DNA of 64,000 bases, taken from NCBI GenBank assembly GCA_030264375.1, contig JASCQW010000032.1, positions 38,513,229-38,577,228 on the forward strand, read 5' to 3'. Position 1 is the first letter of the stretch; the number at the start of each line of letters is the position of its first letter. The notes under the pieces were generated by a model, which saw only the letters and a program-made list of their open reading frames with translations, made no database searches and had not been told where the DNA came from. A program made the position numbers and the translations under genes. This document shows positions 63,801 through 64,000 of this stretch, in pieces. This DNA comes from Carcharhinus longimanus. Its lineage: Eukaryota.

Positions 63801-63817
63801 AGCAAGGAATCTGTTTA
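790..63817 (+). CDS. TTN: Titin (connectin), partial multi-exon CDS: distal PEVK, distal tandem Ig, I/A junction and start of A-band D-zone; gene extends beyond both window ends
   Basis: About 65 AG/GT(GC)-bounded exons join in one reading frame. They encode PEVK motifs, then Ig domains (including ...FQLKAVPLKFVKE... and an I27-like domain), then the titin Ig/FN3 pattern (PGPP...W.PP..DGGS.I..Y.VE...Y.FRV.AEN..G). Confidence 0.99.
1030..4240 (-). mobile_element. Degenerate LINE fragment(s), interrupted by a DNA transposon at 2105-3687; related fragment at ~60-620
   Basis: Decayed GC-richer sequence resembling a common chondrichthyan LINE on the minus strand; part of it recurs at 290-620; family recognised from memory, not searched. 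Confidence 0.5.
2105..3687. mobile_element. PIF/Harbinger-like DNA transposon relic with terminal inverted repeats
   Basis: GGTGGAATTCTCCCA (2106-2120) vs TGGGAGGATTCCACC (3672-3686): 14/15 inverted match; GC-rich decayed interior. Confidence 0.65.
4411..4479 (+). CDS. TTN: Titin PEVK exon (69 nt)
   Basis: attaaag|...|gtacat; VPQVPKKPTPEPLKPKKEGVPEK. Confidence 0.92.
4879..4962 (+). CDS. TTN: Titin PEVK exon (84 nt)
   Basis: tttaaaag|...|gtaaaa; VPEIPKKPVAEAEPATVLEKVEIPAPEE. Confidence 0.92.
6073..6156 (+). CDS. TTN: Titin PEVK-region exon (84 nt, divergent)
   Basis: tttgaag|...|gtacaa; open, phase 1-1, 28 codons; VLQVDKREKRVPITISRKVSPTSEKDSK. Confidence 0.78.
6355..6990 (-). mobile_element. 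CR1-type LINE 3' fragment
   Basis: Minus ORF 6539-6721 REDLIVVYKIMTGLSKVDKEKL...RTRG...F matches the CR1 ORF2 C-terminus. Confidence 0.85.
7785..7947 (+). mobile_element. tRNA-derived (HE1/V-type) SINE, 3' fragment
   Basis: GGTTAGGTTGATTGGCCATGCTAAATTGACCC...CTGCACTGTATGGATTCTATGATTCTA, similar to the 3' half of the copy at 59247. Confidence 0.75.
8061..8144 (+). CDS. TTN: Titin PEVK-region exon (84 nt, divergent)
   Basis: attaaag|...|gtatat; VPEVMRSHIREEIIEVRIEAREKISSPK. Confidence 0.82.
11400..12105 (+). mobile_element. CR1-type LINE 3' fragment (with gap)
   Basis: Decayed LFSLE.R...DL.E.F.IMK..D.V...F..GESKTKG motif. Confidence 0.75.
12230..12313 (+). CDS. TTN: Titin PEVK exon (84 nt)
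   Basis: tttaaag|...|gtacag; VPEIAKKLVPEKVTPITLTESKEIASVK. Confidence 0.88.
12647..13105 (+). CDS. TTN: Titin Glu-rich PEVK-region exon (459 nt)
   Basis: ctgaag|CTTTC...GAGAAAG|gtatag; 153 codons, phase 1-1; overlaps ORF 12727-13185; E-rich ~12-aa repeats. Confidence 0.85.
13822..13905 (+). CDS. TTN: Titin PEVK exon (84 nt)
   Basis: tttgaag|...|gtatac; VAPITEKIEPKGDVLVTAPVKQDLEPVE. Confidence 0.87.
14616..14690 (+). CDS. TTN: Titin PEVK exon (75 nt)
   Basis: tttaaag|...|gtacaa; VPETEEVPATTLPISAPGPVKKPLK. Confidence 0.87.
15116..17653 (+). CDS. TTN: Titin giant PEVK-region exon (2538 nt, 846 codons; K/E/P/I-rich repeats plus acidic tail)
   Basis: tttatag|CTGCA...CAACGAG|gtgaga; matches the 848-aa ORF 15139-17685; length divisible by 3, phase 1-1. 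Confidence 0.9.
16267..17420 (+). repeat. Coding tandem repeat, ~159-bp (53-aa) unit, ~7 copies
   Basis: Units starting K(I/M/A)xKG at ~16267, 16438, 16600, 16759, 16915, 17074, 17233, 17383; consensus KIGKGKVPVSEEEKDQxQLKKIPSKExxVEEKPQKIPVKKVLTPRDIPDxAHL. Confidence 0.95.
18304..18354 (+). CDS. TTN: Titin microexon (51 nt) at PEVK end
   Basis: ctacag|ATGCTAAG...CTCAGAG|gtgaga; phase 1-1; DAKTPADEAGRGRGFLR. Confidence 0.75.
19358..19753 (+). CDS. TTN: Titin PEVK end + Ig I84
   Basis: KKTPSPGEGDKKPLKPGGGRPPSEEPPFAGFQLKAVPLKFVKE...AKLIVE; 396 nt. Confidence 0.97.
20052..20321 (+). CDS. TTN: Titin Ig I85
   Basis: LPVAFFKTLDEEVTV...GKVNVQ; 270 nt, AG/GT. Confidence 0.96.
20409..20684 (+). CDS. 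TTN: Titin Ig I86
   Basis: IVRKWFVKPVRDQ...ANLFVD; 276 nt. Confidence 0.96.
21255..21491 (-). mobile_element. tRNA-derived SINE
   Basis: Reverse strand GGCATGGTGGCACACTGGTTAACATTGCTGCC head and GGGTTTCCTCCCGATGCTCTGGTTTCTTCCCACAG core. Confidence 0.85.
21953..22089 (+). CDS. TTN: Titin Ig I87, first half
   Basis: EREIDILSELQSVEVYEKETATFETEISQDVPVEWKLKGEILRPSP; 137 nt. Confidence 0.94.
22200..22326 (+). CDS. TTN: Titin Ig I87, second half
   Basis: TCEMKADGAKRFLILHDVKLDQAGEVVFKARNATSIAYLRVK; 127 nt. Confidence 0.94.
22441..22707 (+). CDS. TTN: Titin Ig I88
   Basis: IELDFEAPLKDVTVPEK...AKLTVT; 267 nt. Confidence 0.96.
22985..23250 (-). mobile_element. tRNA-derived SINE
   Basis: Same head and core as the other copies (GGCAGCACTGTGGTGCAGTGATTAGCACTACTGCCTCACAGC on minus strand). 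Confidence 0.8.
23539..23805 (+). CDS. TTN: Titin Ig I89
   Basis: MRLKFITPLKDQTVKEG...GQLNVI; 267 nt. Confidence 0.96.
23870..28040. mobile_element. Decayed PIF/Harbinger transposon (HARBI1-like transposase relic on + at ~24850-25520)
   Basis: CGIYEAAAHHCVIKVISSLLKRA...VQDVIH*IHMAIRAP...FITRSG..HSL and downstream IGLLK and LHNLA remnants match Harbinger DDE transposase motifs; outer limits approximate. Confidence 0.75.
28187..28450 (+). CDS. TTN: Titin Ig I90
   Basis: ADPYFTVKLQDYTAIEKD...ATLNIE; 264 nt. Confidence 0.96.
28554..28693 (+). CDS. TTN: Titin Ig I91 (I27), first half
   Basis: ARIIKIVHPLHGVEIFEGETAHFEVEISETDVHPQWKLKGESLFMSP; resembles human I27 LIEVEKPLYGVEVFVGETAHFEIELSE. Confidence 0.96.
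28937..29063 (+). CDS. TTN: Titin Ig I91 (I27), second half
   Basis: QCEIIEDGKKHLLTLYNCKLSDSGEVFFQAANAKCAANLKVK; 127 nt. Confidence 0.96.
29281..29547 (+). CDS. TTN: Titin Ig I92 (GC donor)
   Basis: IPLTFIVPLNDVKVYEK...GKLIIQ; 267 nt ending G|gcaaga. Confidence 0.94.
29641..29907 (+). CDS. TTN: Titin Ig I93
   Basis: IRLEFTKPLEDQTVKE...AKLTVI; 267 nt. Confidence 0.96.
30019..30285 (+). CDS. TTN: Titin Ig I94
   Basis: GDPYFINKLQDYTAVEKD...AKLNIE; 267 nt. Confidence 0.96.
30451..30590 (+). CDS. TTN: Titin Ig I95, first half
   Basis: RDIKILRPLYSVEVTETET...KLHPSP; 140 nt. Confidence 0.95.
30700..30826 (+). CDS. TTN: Titin Ig I95, second half
   Basis: DIEIKKEGTKHFLTLYNVHMDQAGQVEFQAANAKTDAHLRVK; 127 nt. 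Confidence 0.95.
31015..31213 (+). promoter_or_regulatory. Candidate internal (Cronos-like) muscle promoter / 5'UTR
   Basis: CAGCTG E-boxes at 31108 and 31155, TGATAA at 31026, GGATAA at 31090 and A/T-rich CCATATTTAT at 31068, directly upstream of an in-frame ATG and donor; intron has no recognisable TE. Confidence 0.6.
31214..31232 (+). CDS. TTN: Candidate Cronos-like alternative first coding exon (MGGNNH + G)
   Basis: gaaATGGGGGGGAACAACCACG|gtaagc: strong Kozak (G at -3 and +4) and consensus donor; phase 1 joins 31445 to give MGGNNH-ARVIGLLRP. Confidence 0.72.
31445..31587 (+). CDS. TTN: Titin Ig I96, first half
   Basis: ARVIGLLRPLKDVTVTAG...LEPSEK; 143 nt. Confidence 0.96.
32088..32211 (+). 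CDS. TTN: Titin Ig I96, second half
   Basis: VVTRAEGRVHTFTLRDVQLEEAGQVKLTAKDFATSAKLIVK; 124 nt. Confidence 0.95.
32312..32578 (+). CDS. TTN: Titin Ig I97
   Basis: PPVEFTKPLEDQTVEEE...CFLTVE; 267 nt. Confidence 0.96.
32685..32782 (+). CDS. TTN: Titin Ig I98, first part
   Basis: PRVEFIKPLTDLEVKEKEVAKFVCEVSRENAK; 98 nt. Confidence 0.94.
34310..34603 (-). mobile_element. tRNA-derived SINE
   Basis: Minus strand GGCATGGTGGCACGATGGTTAGCGCTGCTGC head; core shared with the copy at 59247. Confidence 0.85.
35372..35490. mobile_element. Small MITE-like element with Harbinger-type TIRs
   Basis: GGCGGAATTTTCCCATCC ... GGATGGAAAATCCCACC imperfect inverted termini, similar to the TIRs at 2106/3672. Confidence 0.55.
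35755..35923 (+). CDS. TTN: Titin Ig I98, second part
   Basis: VRWFKDSVEVRKGKKYDIVAKG...SGLLTVL; 169 nt. Confidence 0.95.
36025..36291 (+). CDS. TTN: Titin Ig I99
   Basis: EDAVFTKNLTDADVTETD...ELKVH; 267 nt. Confidence 0.96.
36385..36651 (+). CDS. TTN: Titin Ig I100
   Basis: LAAEFISRPQNLEVVEG...AELTVI; 267 nt. Confidence 0.96.
37855..38080. mobile_element. Young shark short repeat (Penelope-like terminus) spanning a gap
   Basis: GATGTGCCGGCATTGGACTGGGG...AAATAAATCGGTTGGACTAAAACCTGGTGTTGT; family from recall only. Confidence 0.45.
38332..38610 (+). CDS. TTN: Titin Ig I101
   Basis: RLRIITPIKDQLVTEG...ATLEVQ; 279 nt. Confidence 0.96.
38704..39112 (+). CDS. TTN: Titin Ig I102 + first part of I103
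   Basis: EELKIIEPLEDCETMEKK...WYRNGRELRESK; 409 nt. Confidence 0.96.
39214..39338 (+). CDS. TTN: Titin Ig I103, second part (GC donor)
   Basis: YQFEKDGSLRRLIIRECRPEDECEYSCGVEDRRSRARLFVE; 125 nt ending G|gcaagt. Confidence 0.94.
39423..39689 (+). CDS. TTN: Titin Ig I104
   Basis: IPVEIIRPPLDVFEAPES...AKLELA; 267 nt. Confidence 0.96.
39796..40083 (+). CDS. TTN: Titin Ig I105
   Basis: VPVIKLTDLNLVIDAGKP...FINLDVI; 288 nt. Confidence 0.95.
40197..40496 (+). CDS. TTN: Titin first FN3 (I/A junction)
   Basis: DVPGPVKNLNVVDT...EAKNKF; 300 nt. Confidence 0.96.
40601..40903 (+). CDS. TTN: Titin FN3 (I/A junction)
   Basis: VPDAPLNVQVKNVNKFG...KIMDPI; 303 nt. Confidence 0.96.
40991..41178 (+). CDS. 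TTN: Titin FN3, first part
   Basis: KPSPPIEFAHSKQTKESVQLKWEPPLKDGGSPIQGY...TTFK; 188 nt. Confidence 0.94.
41643..41925 (-). mobile_element. tRNA-derived SINE
   Basis: Minus strand GTGGTTAGCACTACTGCCTCACGGCGCCAGGGACCCAGGTTCGATTCCC (A/B-box-like); tail shared with the copy at 21255. Confidence 0.87.
42510..42624 (+). CDS. TTN: Titin FN3, second part
   Basis: VTGLKPGVKYYYRVSAENAAG...ADDPH; 115 nt. Confidence 0.95.
42738..43022 (+). CDS. TTN: Titin Ig (I/A junction)
   Basis: APTLDLSAFKDGLEVIVPEP...IKVNVI; 285 nt. Confidence 0.96.
43919..44070 (+). CDS. TTN: Titin FN3, first part
   Basis: RPSAPKDLKVSEIGRNTVHLMWEIPDNDGGSP...KTWTK; 152 nt. Confidence 0.95.
45700..45847 (+). CDS. TTN: Titin FN3, second part
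   Basis: VIEGVQDLEFTVPDLFQVRDYLFRVSACNKCGPGEPAYIDEPVNVSAPA; 148 nt. Confidence 0.95.
47538..47715 (+). CDS. TTN: Titin FN3, first part
   Basis: VPDPPENVRWRNPSSKGIFLTWEPPKYDGGSRIKGY...; 178 nt. Confidence 0.95.
47800..47921 (+). CDS. TTN: Titin FN3, second part
   Basis: MEVTGLNEGEWYSYRVKALNKQGASKPSKPTDDIQAIDPK; 122 nt. Confidence 0.95.
48379..48666 (+). CDS. TTN: Titin Ig (I/A junction)
   Basis: APEIHLDVKLLAGITVKAG...VEVNIL; 288 nt. Confidence 0.96.
48763..49059 (+). CDS. TTN: Titin FN3 (1 of 6 tandem)
   Basis: DKPGPPAAFDITDITNE...AKYSF; 297 nt. Confidence 0.96.
49170..49356 (+). CDS. TTN: Titin FN3 (2 of 6), first part
   Basis: DPPGPPTRLQGSDIAKDSLTLTWYEPDDDGGSP...; 187 nt. Confidence 0.95.
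49847..50095 (-). mobile_element. Young CR1-type LINE (gapped)
   Basis: Minus ORF GEVPEDWKTANVTPLFKKG (CR1 ORF2 motif) and (TAAGAACA)n tail. Confidence 0.9.
50795..50910 (+). CDS. TTN: Titin FN3 (2 of 6), second part
   Basis: VKGLTPKKKYKFRVLAENLAG...VKDPI; 116 nt. Confidence 0.95.
51098..51397 (+). CDS. TTN: Titin FN3 (3 of 6)
   Basis: DPPWPPGKPNVKDV...CKDRL; 300 nt. Confidence 0.96.
51510..51809 (+). CDS. TTN: Titin FN3 (4 of 6)
   Basis: PPSPPRWLQVVNITKNS...AKDTF; 300 nt. Confidence 0.96.
51903..52008 (+). CDS. TTN: Titin FN3 (5 of 6), first part
   Basis: TPGPPYALTVVDVTKRHVELKWEAPKNDGGRPIQ; 106 nt. Confidence 0.95.
52100..52296 (+). CDS. TTN: Titin FN3 (5 of 6), second part
   Basis: YVIEKKEKLGTRWVKAG...IEDPT; 197 nt. 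Confidence 0.95.
52391..52696 (+). CDS. TTN: Titin FN3 (6 of 6)
   Basis: PPSPPLELHVTDASRE...AKDSD; 306 nt. Confidence 0.96.
52807..53085 (+). CDS. TTN: Titin Ig, start of D-zone super-repeat 1
   Basis: NPSIELQTQDITVVEGEK...IHVKVI; 279 nt. Confidence 0.96.
53187..53486 (+). CDS. TTN: Titin FN3 (D1)
   Basis: LPGQCKDIKASDVTKSS...AEDQK; 300 nt. Confidence 0.96.
53595..53897 (+). CDS. TTN: Titin FN3 (D1)
   Basis: RPDPPVDLEVQDPTSKS...AVDPV; 303 nt. Confidence 0.96.
54069..54446 (+). CDS. TTN: Titin Ig with charged insertion (D1)
   Basis: PPKVFLVGNLQFG...KPEEIKKRVTKIFPVRKKEDVVEEE...CDVNVL; 378 nt. Confidence 0.95.
54572..54874 (+). CDS. TTN: Titin FN3 (D1)
   Basis: DTPGPPVNFIFEEVRKDS...AKNPF; 303 nt. 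Confidence 0.96.
55082..55381 (+). CDS. TTN: Titin FN3 (D1)
   Basis: PPEAPDKPEVVDTTRNS...ARDPI; 300 nt. Confidence 0.96.
55478..55774 (+). CDS. TTN: Titin FN3 (D1)
   Basis: PPGPPIPSILDTSATS...VMDPK; 297 nt. Confidence 0.96.
55863..56147 (+). CDS. TTN: Titin Ig, start of D-zone super-repeat 2
   Basis: PPVVEFDESVRAG...ARVDIV; 285 nt. Confidence 0.96.
56244..56537 (+). CDS. TTN: Titin FN3 (D2)
   Basis: DVPGPILDLKPVVVTRK...AVDPL; 294 nt. Confidence 0.96.
56623..56922 (+). CDS. TTN: Titin FN3 (D2)
   Basis: PPTSPEKFTYTDRTKS...VQDDE; 300 nt. Confidence 0.96.
57034..57342 (+). CDS. TTN: Titin Ig (D2)
   Basis: PPIVRLQLKGKKTVIAVKAG...VDVNIL; 309 nt. Confidence 0.96.
57467..57657 (+). CDS. TTN: Titin FN3 (D2), first part
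   Basis: DKPTPPRNVKVSDIKAES...ERRYG; 191 nt. Confidence 0.95.
57763..58192 (+). CDS. TTN: Titin FN3 second part + next FN3 (D2)
   Basis: IWKLTTDGEYQFRVRAENKYG...LPGPPSKPK...ASDPK; 430 nt. Confidence 0.96.
58445..58753 (+). CDS. TTN: Titin FN3 (D2)
   Basis: PPSAPSCPEVTDKTKD...MKEIL; 309 nt. Confidence 0.96.
58839..58987 (+). CDS. TTN: Titin Ig, start of D-zone super-repeat 3, part 1
   Basis: EPDVTLEVGAPDFLNCYAGKPLRIPTVVTGRPTPKITWEFEGLAKTVMK; 149 nt. Confidence 0.95.
59247..59712 (+). mobile_element. tRNA-derived (HE1/V-type) SINE
   Basis: GGCATGGTGGCACAGTGGTTAGCACTGCTGCCTCACAGC head, GGGTTTCCTCTGGGTGCTCCAGTTTCCTCCCACAGTCCAAA core, GATTCTATGAT tail. Confidence 0.9.
61320..61543 (+). mobile_element. 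CR1-type LINE 3' end (gapped)
   Basis: (TTCTTATG)n tail; reverse complement of 49847-49916. Confidence 0.85.
61909..61941 (+). CDS. TTN: Titin 33-nt microexon inside Ig (D3)
   Basis: tgtgtag|GAGGAAGGACATAATCTCCCAGCTGATGCCCAG|gtaata; phase 0-0; EEGHNLPADAQ. Confidence 0.88.
62046..62175 (+). CDS. TTN: Titin Ig (D3), last part
   Basis: VESIKNKSTVIIPECNRGHSGRYSITVKNKAGQKTLNVRVNVL; 130 nt. Confidence 0.95.
62265..62564 (+). CDS. TTN: Titin FN3 (D3)
   Basis: DMPGPPKDLKVSDITRSS...ARDPI; 300 nt. Confidence 0.96.
62680..62997 (+). CDS. TTN: Titin FN3 (D3)
   Basis: APEPPTKLRVGLVTKNS...VKDQT; 318 nt. Confidence 0.96.
63093..63389 (+). CDS. TTN: Titin Ig (D3)
   Basis: APEIELQEFLEAEQNT...MRLNVL; 297 nt. 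Confidence 0.96.
63518..63817 (+). CDS. TTN: Titin FN3 (D3)
   Basis: PPGPPVGPIKFEGISAEQ...ARNLF; 300 nt. Confidence 0.96.
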
Positions 63818-64000
63818 GTAAGTATTGAAATATACAATTCCTCCTGCTATTCCATAATTTGTTATTCCTGATCTTATGAATCCGTGCTGTCCAATTCTAT
63901 ATGATCTTACACCTGATCTTTAAACGTTCTACCTGTAATTTCAAAGTGACTGTCAGAATATAATTGGGTTACCTTCTTTTGTAGATTTAGAAAATACTAA

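Noticed and set aside
19347-63837. Many minus-strand ORFs overlapping exons (e.g. 19347-19802, 29258-29713, 53183-53515)
   Set aside because: They are antisense shadows of titin codons with no independent domain signal.

Overview
Eukaryotic, intron-rich, AT-rich genomic DNA with assembly gaps (N runs). The whole window lies inside one + strand gene, titin (TTN). It is most likely from a shark/cartilaginous fish, inferred from HE1/V-type tRNA SINEs, CR1 LINE tails and PIF/Harbinger relics. I could trace about 65 frame-compatible exons by their splice sites. In order they cover: the distal PEVK spring (63-84 nt symmetric exons, a 459-nt Glu-rich exon, a 2538-nt Lys/Glu/Pro repeat exon and a 51-nt microexon); the 22 distal tandem Ig domains (equivalent to I84-I105, including the I27/I91 orthologue); the I/A junction Ig/FN3 block; and the first 2.7 seven-domain D-zone super-repeats. 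Neither the start nor the stop of the gene is in the window. Most notable finding: a candidate internal promoter plus a short coding first exon (ATG 31214, MGGNNH, GTAAGC donor at 31233) that splices in frame to the I96 exon, matching the architecture of the Cronos titin isoform. Also notable are a giant PEVK-region exon built from LKK[IV]-motif repeats ending in a Trp-acidic tail, an RBFOX motif cluster, two GC-AG introns and a visible exon+LINE duplication. Ig numbering is by counting from the recognisable I27/I91 domain and has not been checked by alignment.
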